A stretch of 64,000 nucleotides of DNA from a virus: IMG/VR virus record IMGVR_UViG_3300032326_002451, positions 32,001 through 96,000 of that record. One strand, 5' to 3'. Numbering within the stretch: the stretch's first letter is position 1; each line of letters starts with the position of its first letter. The notes beneath the pieces are model-generated. The model ran no database searches, was not told where the DNA came from, and was given only the letters and a program-made list of their open reading frames with translations. The translations under genes were made by a program, and so were the position numbers. Of the stretch, positions 21,931-30,850 are shown piece after piece.

Positions 21931-22854
21931 ATGGAACAAGAAATTCAGTTTCTTCCTGATGTAAAGCCAATAGAAATCGCTGATCTTATCGCTCTATCGC
22001 AAGAACAAAATTGGGGTATAGCTGCTTGCTCTATACAAGAAGCTTGGAGAGTTACTAAAGGAGCTGGAATCAGAGTCGCAGTTTTGGACACTGGTATAGC
22101 TGCTCATGATGACTTGAAAGATGCTTGGACTGAAGCATATAATTGTAGTAACGAATCATCATATGATGATATTGGGTCAGGACACGGAACTCACGTTTGC
22201 GGAATTGTTGGTGCAAGAGATAATGCTCTGGGAGTTGTTGGTGTAGCTCCTGAATGTACATTGATACCAATTAAAGTTTTGAACAATAATGGTTCTGGTA
22301 ATTTTGCAAATATTGCAGCTGGTATAAGAAAAGCTATTGAAATAAAAGCTGACATTATTACTATGAGTCTGGGTACTTCGCAAGAACCTCCAATAGATGT
22401 ACATAGAGCAATTAAGGAAGCAACCAATGCTGGAATAATTGTTTTAGCAGCAGCAGGTAATGATTCTGGAAAAACTAATTATCCTGCAAGACTTGAAGAA
22501 GTGATTGCAGTTGCAGCAATTGATGAAAGTGGGAATTACGCTCATTTTTCAAGTGGTGACGAGACAGTAGACAGTGTTGCTCCTGGAGTCAACATTTACT
22601 CTACTTTCTTGAACAATACTTATGCAAAAATGTCAGGTACAAGTCAAGCTTGCCCTTTTATAGCAGGTCTTTGTGCTTTGATATTAGCGCATAACAGAGC
22701 AAACCCAAATATTCCAAGGATAAATAATTATGTTGATATGTTAAAAGCTCTTGATTTAGTTTCAGATGAATCAAGATATATCAATACTCCTGGACAAAAG
22801 AAATGGGGATTTGGCGCTCCCAAAATTGCCAATATTGACTGGAATCAAATTTAG
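21931..22854 (+). CDS. Subtilisin-like serine peptidase (S8), intracellular type
   Basis: VAVLDTG (Asp), HGTHVCG (His), AAAGN (oxyanion Asn), SGTSQA (Ser). No signal peptide or prodomain. RBS AAGGA. Confidence 0.93.
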   Translation: MEQEIQFLPDVKPIEIADLIALSQEQNWGIAACSIQEAWRVTKGAGIRVAVLDTGIAAHDDLKDAWTEAYNCSNESSYDDIGSGHGTHVCGIVGARDNALGVVGVAPECTLIPIKVLNNNGSGNFANIAAGIRKAIEIKADIITMSLGTSQEPPIDVHRAIKEATNAGIIVLAAAGNDSGKTNYPARLEEVIAVAAIDESGNYAHFSSGDETVDSVAPGVNIYSTFLNNTYAKMSGTSQACPFIAGLCALILAHNRANPNIPRINNYVDMLKALDLVSDESRYINTPGQKKWGFGAPKIANIDWNQI

Positions 22855-22921
22855 TTTCAAGAGCAAAGCAAAAAAACAAATGAACTTTAGCTCTTCTTTT
22901 TCATAAATGAGAGGAAGTGCT

Positions 22922-23389
22922 ATGAATCAGAAGTTTATTAAAATATTATTAATCGCTTTTGTCTTAATAATTTTTATGGTATTGAATCCATATAAAATTA
23001 TAGTCGTAAGGGGAGAATCTATGTATCCGACCTATAAAAATGGTGACATTTTATTAGGTGTGAAAAGTGAAAATTATCAAAAAGGAGATATTGTAGTTAC
23101 TAAAAATGACTACAATGAAACAATTATCAAAAGAATTACATATATGCCAGGAGAGACTTATTACACAGTTTCAAAAATTTTGGCTCATGAATGTTTTGTT
23201 GAAATGGTAGATAAAACTACATACGATAGCATAAAACACAATAGTAATTCAAAATACGTGATTGCAATTAAAGACAAAGTCCCTTTCAATCAATATTTTA
23301 TTACTGGTGATAACAAAAATAATTCTGATGACAGTAGAAGATTTGGATCTATTGAAAAGGATAAGATTCTTTATAAAATAATAAAATGA
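22922..23389 (+). CDS. lepB: Signal peptidase I (S26 family)
   Basis: N-terminal TM helix, GESMYPT (catalytic Ser), IIKRI (catalytic Lys), GDNKNNSDDSRRFG. ATG at 22922 follows GAGGAAG. Confidence 0.88.
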   Translation: MNQKFIKILLIAFVLIIFMVLNPYKIIVVRGESMYPTYKNGDILLGVKSENYQKGDIVVTKNDYNETIIKRITYMPGETYYTVSKILAHECFVEMVDKTTYDSIKHNSNSKYVIAIKDKVPFNQYFITGDNKNNSDDSRRFGSIEKDKILYKIIK

Positions 23390-24054
23390 TAGATGTTAAT
23401 TACTTAGAGATGTTTGTGAAGACATCTCAAACTCGCAAGAAGATTGAAGACCCAATTAAAGAGCTTACTCAAATTGGACTGCAATCTTCTTGCACTATTT
23501 TTGTCAAACATGGCAAAGGTGGACAAAATCAATGGTCCGGAAGCGGATTTCATATCGGAAATGGTATGATTGTAACTGCAAGCCATGTAGTTCCTCCAGA
23601 TCTAAGCAATTTACAGATTGATATCACTTTTGACGATCAATCTTATTATCCTGGAACAGTATACAAATCTGAGCCAAATTTCGATGCTGCTATTATTCAG
23701 TGCCCAGATGTTGCAAATAAAATACCAGCCTTGCAGTTGGGTGATTCTGAAACTTTAGAAGTAGGCGATTTAGTTGTCGTAATAAGTGCTCCAGAAGGAT
23801 TTCATGACACCGCAACATATGGCCGAGTAAGCAATACGCATATGACTTTAGGCGAAAATGCACCATCAGCAGCTTGGCAAGATTTTATTTTTATTGATGC
23901 TGATATTATGGAAGGATCATCTGGTGGTATGGTATTGGGCACAGATGGTTTAGTTTATGGTCTTGTGATGGGTGTAACAGGCCAACACGCTGAAAGTGGG
24001 TTGGGGGAAAATTCAATTTCTCCATCAAATAAAATCAAACAATTACTTTCTTAG
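23386..24054 (+). CDS. Trypsin-like (HtrA/DegP-type, no PDZ) serine protease
   Basis: GSGF, VTASHVV (His), FDAA (Asp), LGDS, DADIMEGSSGG (Ser). ATGA overlap with the upstream gene. Confidence 0.88.
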   Translation: MIDVNYLEMFVKTSQTRKKIEDPIKELTQIGLQSSCTIFVKHGKGGQNQWSGSGFHIGNGMIVTASHVVPPDLSNLQIDITFDDQSYYPGTVYKSEPNFDAAIIQCPDVANKIPALQLGDSETLEVGDLVVVISAPEGFHDTATYGRVSNTHMTLGENAPSAAWQDFIFIDADIMEGSSGGMVLGTDGLVYGLVMGVTGQHAESGLGENSISPSNKIKQLLS

Positions 24055-24066
24055 TATAAAACATAT

Positions 24067-25056
24067 ATGTCAGATCCTCATTCAGTGTTAGGTGTTGCAA
24101 AAAATGCAACGGCTGATGAAATTAAATCAGCATATAGAAAATTAGCAAAAAAGTATCATCCTGATGTCAATAAAGATCCTGAAGCGGAATCTAAGTTCAA
24201 GGAAGTTACAAAAGCTTACGAGGATATATTGAATCCTCAGCCTGTACAAACGCATCAAAATGTTCATCCAGGTTTCAATCCTTTTGATTTTTTTAACCAA
24301 CAATCACAACATAGATCATTAAACACTCCAATATCTGTTGCTGTAACACTTTCAGTTCAAGAGGCTTTCAAGGATGTAACAAAAACAATAAGTTATGTCA
24401 GAAATGTTTTTTGTGAAACTTGTGATGGTAAGGGTGGTTTAGGGTCAGTTAATGCTTGTACTTCATGTATGGGTTCAGGACAGCATAAAATTACATCGCA
24501 ACAAGGCTTTTTCTTTGTAGAGCAAATTTTGGGACCATGCCAAAATTGTTCTGGAAAAGGAAGGGTGTTTTCAGACCCTTGTAAAAATTGTGGAAGTTTT
24601 GGCTACAAGAACAAAGAAGAATCATTCACTATGAATATTCCAAGGGGTTCATTATTCAAATCATCTGTGGTTGCAGACTTAGGTAATCATATTGACAAAG
24701 GTCAAAAACCAGGTCCATTAATTTTAGAAATACACTTAGATCATGAACCGGGTATTAATTTTGACAGAGAATACAACATATTTATTGATAAATATATAGA
24801 TCCAATAGCTGGAATAATTGGTTTTGAAACTAAATTGAATCATCCAGATGGAACTAAGTTAAATTTGAAACTTAAAAATAAAATAACTCATGGACATATT
24901 CACAAATTGGCTAAAAGAGGATTGCCAAAATCTCAAACTGAATATGGTGATTTAAACATCAGATTTTTGTATAATATCCCTGAAGATTTATCTGATGAAG
25001 AAATAAAGAATTTGGAATCTTATTTGGAATCCAGAAGGAAGAGAGAATTATTATGA
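24067..25056 (+). CDS. dnaJ: DnaJ/Hsp40 co-chaperone (class A)
   Basis: J domain with HPD. Four CxxCxGxG-type repeats ([32 protein letters not shown]). C-terminal GLP...GDL domain. Confidence 0.93.
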   Translation: MSDPHSVLGVAKNATADEIKSAYRKLAKKYHPDVNKDPEAESKFKEVTKAYEDILNPQPVQTHQNVHPGFNPFDFFNQQSQHRSLNTPISVAVTLSVQEAFKDVTKTISYVRNVFCETCDGKGGLGSVNACTSCMGSGQHKITSQQGFFFVEQILGPCQNCSGKGRVFSDPCKNCGSFGYKNKEESFTMNIPRGSLFKSSVVADLGNHIDKGQKPGPLILEIHLDHEPGINFDREYNIFIDKYIDPIAGIIGFETKLNHPDGTKLNLKLKNKITHGHIHKLAKRGLPKSQTEYGDLNIRFLYNIPEDLSDEEIKNLESYLESRRKRELL

Positions 25057-25265
25057 GCATGATTAAGAGAGCTAATGGACAGATTGAAAACTTCACTGAC
25101 GAACAAGGCAAGGAAGTACAGGCTGATAATCTCGTTTGGGCCGATGAAAAGCAGAAGAAAGAGGAAGTCGAAATCAAGGATGCTCTTGATCTCCCCACTG
25201 TTGAAGATTTGACTCTTGACCTTAATGCTCCTGAGGATGATGATGTAATAGCTAAGGATTGTTAA
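25053..25265 (+). CDS. Small acidic hypothetical protein
   Basis: 70 aa, D/E-rich. ATGA overlap with dnaJ. Confidence 0.65.
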   Translation: MSMIKRANGQIENFTDEQGKEVQADNLVWADEKQKKEEVEIKDALDLPTVEDLTLDLNAPEDDDVIAKDC

Positions 25266-25266
25266 T

Positions 25267-25713
25267 ATGGAAAAAATCTTGAATTTTTTATTGCACTCAC
25301 TTGATGGCATAACACTCTATGTAATCCTTTTTATTGTAGGATCTTTTGCTTTGTACCATTTGGCAAGACTGAAAAACCAAAGAGCTTTTTTATTTTCAAC
25401 AATTAAAATTATTTCTTCAGTGTTGGGTTCAAAGTTTGGCTCAAAAGCTGAAGGACTTCTTGAAATTTTTGTTGATGGATTGGGCAAGATTCAAGATGGT
25501 AATTTTTCTAATGATGATGTTGTAGATTGGTTTCTTAGGTATGTTAGATTATCAGCTCAACAAAAAGGCATTGTATTGACAGACGAAGATGTAAACAATT
25601 TACATACTCTGATTTCTTCAACTGTTCTTACTTTTGTAGGCACCAATTCAAAACAAATTGAGCATGCTGTGAATCAGTTTAGTGCATTTCAAACAATGTC
25701 AAACAAAAAATAA
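25267..25713 (+). CDS. Membrane protein (possible holin-like)
   Basis: Hydrophobic N-terminal helix (ITLYVILFIVGSFALY) followed by an amphipathic helical region. Function is inferred only. Confidence 0.5.
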   Translation: MEKILNFLLHSLDGITLYVILFIVGSFALYHLARLKNQRAFLFSTIKIISSVLGSKFGSKAEGLLEIFVDGLGKIQDGNFSNDDVVDWFLRYVRLSAQQKGIVLTDEDVNNLHTLISSTVLTFVGTNSKQIEHAVNQFSAFQTMSNKK

Positions 25714-25736
25714 ACTTTTCAGAGAAGTTTCATTTC

Positions 25737-25769
25737 AATGCCCATGATTATCATGGGCATTCTTGTTTT
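25737..25769 (+). terminator. Intrinsic terminator
   Basis: Perfect 12-bp inverted repeat AATGCCCATGAT-T-ATCATGGGCATT followed by CTTGTTTT. Confidence 0.7.
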
Positions 25770-25770
25770 A

Positions 25771-25779
25771 TGATATAAT
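25771..25779 (+). promoter_or_regulatory. Extended -10 promoter (TGnTATAAT), likely leaderless helicase transcript
   Basis: TGATATAAT ends 6 nt before ATG 25786; no SD. Confidence 0.55.
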
Positions 25780-25785
25780 AAAATT

Positions 25786-27594
25786 ATGTTTATTGTTTAT
25801 GTTTACAATGATAAATCAGTGGTATTCAATGACCAACATCCTCAAGGTAAGCTTGAAAACATGTATCAAGAGGCATTGCGATCTGAACTTGCATATGATG
25901 TTCCTGATGCAGAGTGGAGTGCCAAGTTTAAACAAGGTCAATGGGATGGAAAGATTTCCATATACAATAAGCGTGACCAATCATTTCCTACAGGCTTAAC
26001 TAATAAGGTTAAAAAATTATTTGATCTATTGAACATTGACTATAAATTTGTTGATCAAAGACAAAAACCAGATGAGAATTATCCTGTAGATGTAGATTTT
26101 GGTGGCAAAGAGCTTAGAGATTACCAATTGAGTTCTGGTGTGTTGTCAAAAAAGTTTCAGCGAGGCATGTTAGCTTTATGTACTGGAGCTGGAAAAACTA
26201 TGACTTCGTGCCAAATATTTAAGGATTTGGCTGTATCTCCAGTTGTTTTTATTGTTCCAGCCATTGAATTATTGAAACAAACTCAAAAAGAATTTGAAAA
26301 ATATCTTAGGCTTAATGGAAGTCCTGTCAAGGTTGGAATAGCTGGCGGTGGGCTATGCAACATAAATATGCAAGGTATTAATGTTATTACATACCAAACT
26401 GCCTTGAATTCTCATAACAAAAAATATGTTGAACGTGGCAATAAAATTATAGAAGATGAAAGTGGCGATGGTCAATCTAAATCTACAGCCCAGTTGCAAG
26501 CTGAATACGATCTTGCTGAAAAAAACTGGAAGAATAAACATGAACAAGCTAAAAAACAATTAGCAAAAGATTTAGTTGTTATTAAAAATCTCAAGATTGA
26601 TTTGGAAAATGAATCAGATTTACGAAAGAAAAAATCACTTTCTGTATGCTTAACAAATTTAGAGAAAGTATATGAAAAGCAACTTAACACAATAACAAAA
26701 GTTGAACTTACTGCATACAAAAAAGCTCAAGTTGCTTGGGACAAAAGACAAGATACATTATTTCAAAAATCTCTTGTAAGAGAAGTTATATCCAATTGTC
26801 AAGCTTTTATTGTAGACGAAGCTCATGTTGCATCTGTTGTTATAGAAGAATTAGGTAGATATGCTAAAAATGCTTTCTATAAACTTGGACTTTCAGGCAC
26901 TCCATGGAGAACAGATAATCAGGAAATAAGAATTGAAGGCGCTTTAGGTAGAAAAATAATTCAAGTTTCTGCAAGTGATCTTATAGAAAGAGGTTTTCTT
27001 GTTCCTCCAAAGATATTTATATGCAAGATAAACGAACAGCATCATGCAAATACTTATCCTGAAATATATACTTCTAATATAGTAAACAATTGGGAAAGAA
27101 ATTTCAGAATTAAACAATTTTCTGAGCAATTCAAATTAAAAGGAAGGCCGACATTAATTCTTGTTGAAAGAAGAGAGCATGGAGCCATTCTTGAAAGCAT
27201 GATAGAAGATGCAGTTTTCGTGCCTGGAGGAGATAAAGGTGAAGAAGACCCAACAGACGAGGAAAAGAATTACAGAAGACGGATGCTTAATGCTGTGGAA
27301 AACAATGAGATTATCCTCATTGCTACTCAATGGGCTAATGTAGGTGTCGATGCTCCAAGGATCAGTTGCTTAGTTTTGGCTGGCTCTAATCAATCTTCTG
27401 TCACAACATATCAGCAAGTGGGAAGAGTTCTAAGATGTGTTGGTAAAGATATTGAAGAGTCTATTAAAAACGGAAAGCCTGATGCAATCATTTTAGATTT
27501 TTCATCAGACCAGAAGAATTTGAAAACTCATATTAACATGAGAAAAAAAGTATATAGAAATGAAAGAGCTTGGACTTTGACAGAGCTGAAATAA
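25786..27594 (+). CDS. Superfamily 2 helicase (UvsW/ResIII-like) with coiled-coil insertion
   Basis: LRDYQ, CTGAGKT, DEAH, GLSGTP and QQVGRVLR motifs. Confidence 0.88.
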   Translation: MFIVYVYNDKSVVFNDQHPQGKLENMYQEALRSELAYDVPDAEWSAKFKQGQWDGKISIYNKRDQSFPTGLTNKVKKLFDLLNIDYKFVDQRQKPDENYPVDVDFGGKELRDYQLSSGVLSKKFQRGMLALCTGAGKTMTSCQIFKDLAVSPVVFIVPAIELLKQTQKEFEKYLRLNGSPVKVGIAGGGLCNINMQGINVITYQTALNSHNKKYVERGNKIIEDESGDGQSKSTAQLQAEYDLAEKNWKNKHEQAKKQLAKDLVVIKNLKIDLENESDLRKKKSLSVCLTNLEKVYEKQLNTITKVELTAYKKAQVAWDKRQDTLFQKSLVREVISNCQAFIVDEAHVASVVIEELGRYAKNAFYKLGLSGTPWRTDNQEIRIEGALGRKIIQVSASDLIERGFLVPPKIFICKINEQHHANTYPEIYTSNIVNNWERNFRIKQFSEQFKLKGRPTLILVERREHGAILESMIEDAVFVPGGDKGEEDPTDEEKNYRRRMLNAVENNEIILIATQWANVGVDAPRISCLVLAGSNQSSVTTYQQVGRVLRCVGKDIEESIKNGKPDAIILDFSSDQKNLKTHINMRKKVYRNERAWTLTELK

Positions 27595-27614
27595 ACTGCT
27601 CCATTGCAGTTTAT
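27591..27614. terminator. Hairpin between convergent genes (possible bidirectional terminator)
   Basis: ATAAACTGC-TCCATT-GCAGTTTAT, a 9-bp stem between the helicase stop and the small minus-strand ORF stop. Confidence 0.5.
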
Positions 27615-27619
27615 AAAGA

Positions 27620-27691
27620 TTAGAATTCAGCTTTGAATAATGTTACAAAAATAGTGTCGAACAACTTTTCAATATCTTTCAGAATATTCAT
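27620..27691 (-). CDS. Unannotated 23-aa amphipathic peptide MNILKDIEKLFDTIFVTLFKAEF
   Basis: Perfect SD AAGGAGGT 5 nt before the ATG. Hairpin immediately downstream. Upstream TGGTAAAAT extended -10. Confidence 0.6.
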   Translation of the reverse strand: MNILKDIEKLFDTIFVTLFKAEF

Positions 27692-27705
27692 AGATTACCT
27701 CCTTG

Positions 27706-27746
27706 ACAAAATAAAAAACCGCTGACTTAGTTACCATCAGCGGTTT
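27706..27746 (-). terminator. Terminator/attenuator-like hairpin in leader of the 23-aa ORF
   Basis: On the minus strand: AAACCGCTGA-(11 nt)-TCAGCGGTTT followed by TTTATTTT. Confidence 0.55.
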
Positions 27747-27852
27747 CAATTATATTTTACCACTTTTCTCATAAATTTCCCTTTTATAGAATGATTTATG
27801 TATATTTTGTCGAATAATATATTACAGCACTATAAAGCTGCGGAGGTGAGTT

Positions 27853-28212
27853 ATGTTCCACCAAACTATCGTTGGCAAGCCAAAACATTGTTTGAATAGA
27901 AATTGTAAAACTCCTTTCTTTAAGGAATCTCATTTAGGATGGTTGCCAAAGTCAGAAGTAGAAGTTTATGCAATCATGAGATGCCCAAAATGCAAAGATA
28001 CATTTGCAGTTGTTCAATTGATATCTATGGCGCATGATTACAAAACTGCTCTACCAAAAGACCCAAGTCAAGTTTCTCCTTCTGGACCTATAACAAAAAA
28101 AGAACTCACGAATTTCAAAAAGAAACTTGATAACAAAGATTCATTAAAAAGTTTATTAGAAGGATACAAACCTGGAGGGTCTGTTATTTCTGAAGACGAC
28201 ACTGACATCTAA
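27853..28212 (+). CDS. Small zinc-finger-like protein
   Basis: CLNRNC and CPKC cysteine pairs; SD GGAGGT. Confidence 0.7.
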   Translation: MFHQTIVGKPKHCLNRNCKTPFFKESHLGWLPKSEVEVYAIMRCPKCKDTFAVVQLISMAHDYKTALPKDPSQVSPSGPITKKELTNFKKKLDNKDSLKSLLEGYKPGGSVISEDDTDI

Positions 28213-28229
28213 TCCTGTACAATACTTTT

Positions 28230-29942
28230 ATGAGTATTGCAGTAGGAATAGATTTAGGTAGTACATTTAGCGTAGTTTCTTATGTAAAAGCAGATGGAAG
28301 TATTGAGGTAATTCCTAATTCAGAAGGAAACCGCATTACACCATCTGTTTTTGCAATTGATGACCAGTCGCAAATTATGATTGGCGATTTGGCTTCAGAA
28401 TACGAATTAGTTTATCCGGAAAGAGTTGTTAGATTAGTCAAGAGAAACATGTCTGATGGCATGAATAAAATTTATAATTTTGACAATTTTGTTAATTCAA
28501 TAAAATTATCTCCTTGCGAAATATCTTCTGAAATATTAAAGAAACTTAAAAAAGATACAGAAGATTATTTAGGAGAAGAAATTAAAGAAGCTGTGATTAC
28601 AGTGCCAGCTTATTTTAATAACAGTGAAAGAGAAGCAACAAAAGCCGCTGGAGAATTGGCAGGGCTGAAAGTTCTAAGAATTATCAATGAGCCTACTGCA
28701 GCATCTTTAGCTTATGGTCTTGATAAGAACAATGATTCGACAATCTTGGTATACGACCTTGGCGGGGGTACTTTTGATGTTACTGTACTTAAGCTATCTG
28801 ATGGTTGTGATTTTCATGTCCTATCAACTTCAGGAGACACAAAACTTGGAGGAGCAGATTTCGATTCTGCTTTAGGAATTATTATTCAAAATAAATTTGG
28901 CTTTCATATTGAATCTTCCGAATTGAGATCTTTAGCTGAAAAAACCAAAAAAATGCTATCACAATTACAAATAGCAAATGTTCGATACGCAGGACAGCAA
29001 GTTTCAATAAATAGAGAAGAATTTGAACAATCAATTGATAGTTTGATTATGGAAACTAAACATTGTATAGATCAAGCCTTGTCTGATGCAAATTTGAGCA
29101 TAAATGATATAGATGAGGTGGTTTTTGTAGGTGGATCAACAAGAATCCCATACGTTGCTCAAAAAGTGCAAGAATGGCTAAATAAAAGGCCAAATAAGTC
29201 AATCAATCCAGATGAAGCTGTTTCCGTGGGTGCAGCAATTCAAGCTTCTGTTCTTTCGGGTAATTCAAAAAAAGAAGTTTATTTGTTAGATGTCACTCCA
29301 TTATCATTAGGAATTGAAACTCAAGGTGGTTTCATGACAACTATGATCAAGAGAAACACACAAGTGCCTACAGAATTTAAAGAGACTTTTACTACAGCTA
29401 CTGATAACCAAACAGAAGTAGATGTCAAGGTCTTTCAGGGCGAAAGACCAAGAGTAATTAATAATCATTTTTTGGGAGAGTTTAATTTAGAAAATATTAA
29501 TGCAGCACCTCGTGGAATTCCAAAGATTGATGTTGTTTTTGAGGTTGATGCTAACGGTATTGTGTTTGTCAAAGCAATTGATGAAAACACAAAAGAAGAA
29601 AAATCTATGGTTTTGTCTGGAGCAAGTAGTCTATCAAGCTTAGATGTTAATAAAATGCTTCAAGATGCAGAAGATAATAAAGCCAAGGATGAAAGAGACA
29701 GAACCATAAAGAAGTTGACAGATTATCTCATAGATTGTAAAATTCAAATAACTCATCTTCTGAAGTCTGATATTTTGAATAAATCAGAAATCAATGAACT
29801 GATTGACTTAAAAAAATCTATTGACAATGATATAAATTCTGAAAATGTAGAATTTTTATCTTCTTTGTCAGAGTCAGCTAAAGATTTGTTAGAAGTTTTA
29901 TCTGATAAAGTTCATGAAGAAGCAAGTAAATTATTATTATGA
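28230..29942 (+). CDS. dnaK: Hsp70/DnaK-family chaperone
   Basis: GIDLGST, NSEGNRITPS, TVPAYFN, INEPTAA, DLGGGTFD, LLDVTPLSLG linker, substrate-binding domain. Compact (570 aa). Confidence 0.93.
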   Translation: MSIAVGIDLGSTFSVVSYVKADGSIEVIPNSEGNRITPSVFAIDDQSQIMIGDLASEYELVYPERVVRLVKRNMSDGMNKIYNFDNFVNSIKLSPCEISSEILKKLKKDTEDYLGEEIKEAVITVPAYFNNSEREATKAAGELAGLKVLRIINEPTAASLAYGLDKNNDSTILVYDLGGGTFDVTVLKLSDGCDFHVLSTSGDTKLGGADFDSALGIIIQNKFGFHIESSELRSLAEKTKKMLSQLQIANVRYAGQQVSINREEFEQSIDSLIMETKHCIDQALSDANLSINDIDEVVFVGGSTRIPYVAQKVQEWLNKRPNKSINPDEAVSVGAAIQASVLSGNSKKEVYLLDVTPLSLGIETQGGFMTTMIKRNTQVPTEFKETFTTATDNQTEVDVKVFQGERPRVINNHFLGEFNLENINAAPRGIPKIDVVFEVDANGIVFVKAIDENTKEEKSMVLSGASSLSSLDVNKMLQDAEDNKAKDERDRTIKKLTDYLIDCKIQITHLLKSDILNKSEINELIDLKKSIDNDINSENVEFLSSLSESAKDLLEVLSDKVHEEASKLLL

Positions 29943-30340
29943 ATAAACTTGATAGATTAGGATATATAGCTTCAATTATTTGTGCATTACATTGTACAGT
30001 GATGCCTTTTGTATTGGTTGTTTTTCCTATTTTGAGTTTGTCTTTGTTTGTTTCTGAAACTTTTGAGTGGTTTTTTCTTTCAGCCTCTTTACTGCTTGGT
30101 TTGACAAGTTTATGTTTTGGTTACAAAAAACATAAATCTTTGAGAGCATTTCCTTTACTTGCTTCTGGTCTTGCCTTGATTGTAGTAGGTAGAATTATGC
30201 ACCAACACACAATACATCAAAAAGAAATGCATATTGATTTATATAATGTAATTCTTTTTTGTGGTGGAATGTTAGTGGCGTTATCTCATAAAATAAATAG
30301 TTTACTTTGTAATACTTGCTCGAAATGTAACTTAAAATGA
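29939..30340 (+). CDS. MerC-domain membrane protein (putative metal transporter)
   Basis: LDRLG..AS..CALHC N-terminal motif, four hydrophobic helices, GY.KH, C-terminal H..N and CxxC. Confidence 0.75.
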   Translation: MNKLDRLGYIASIICALHCTVMPFVLVVFPILSLSLFVSETFEWFFLSASLLLGLTSLCFGYKKHKSLRAFPLLASGLALIVVGRIMHQHTIHQKEMHIDLYNVILFCGGMLVALSHKINSLLCNTCSKCNLK

Positions 30341-30849
30341 AAGAAAAAAATTTAGACCTATCCAATGTTGATAACTCTCTTGATCTTGAGCTTCTTCCAG
30401 TAGAAATAGATCATATAGTGGTTAATCCTGATAAAAGAGTATATGTTGTTTTAGCAAATGAAGACAGACAAAATGGAGTTGAATTAAATCCATTTGAAGC
30501 AAGTCATTTATCTTTTGTCCATAAAGGTTTACACAAAAATTCTCATATCCAAACAATGCATCAGCTATATATTAAAACCTTAGACATTATAAAATCTAAA
30601 GTTGAAGATGTTGTGATTGAATCTAAAGTTGGCGATGTAATTTATTGTTCTGTTAAAATTGTAGATAATAACCATAATCGTTATTTCACAATTGTTTCAT
30701 TAGCTGATGGACTAATATTGTCTAAAATTACAGATAGTCCCATCCATGTGATATCCAATGTTTGGTCTGAAATGGATCCTATCGATGAATGGGACTATGA
30801 AGATTATATATTAGATTTTGAAGATGATGAAGATGACGACGATCAATAA
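30337..30849 (+). CDS. Bifunctional nuclease (DUF151/BFN)-like protein, divergent
   Basis: FEA..L, QTMHQL (cf. RPxTHDL), V.DVVI...G.V.Y, LADGLILS (cf. RPSDAIALA), PIHV. Acidic tail. Confidence 0.6.
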   Translation: MKEKNLDLSNVDNSLDLELLPVEIDHIVVNPDKRVYVVLANEDRQNGVELNPFEASHLSFVHKGLHKNSHIQTMHQLYIKTLDIIKSKVEDVVIESKVGDVIYCSVKIVDNNHNRYFTIVSLADGLILSKITDSPIHVISNVWSEMDPIDEWDYEDYILDFEDDEDDDDQ

Positions 30850-30850
30850 A

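Noticed and set aside
22859-22902. Terminator after subtilisin gene
   Set aside because: The stem (AAGAGC/GCTCTT) is short and interrupted with a long loop; too weak to call.
27703-27731. TTGACA as a plus-strand sigma70 -35
   Set aside because: No acceptable -10 at 16-18 nt; it overlaps the minus-strand SD of the small ORF.
27716-27750. Fluoride riboswitch (AAACCGC/GCTGATG words)
   Set aside because: It lacks the 5' GGnGATGGnGTTC element and pseudoknot; a simple hairpin explains it.
29939-30340. Mercury-resistance operon
   Set aside because: Only a MerC-like domain is present; there is no merR, merA, merT or merP.
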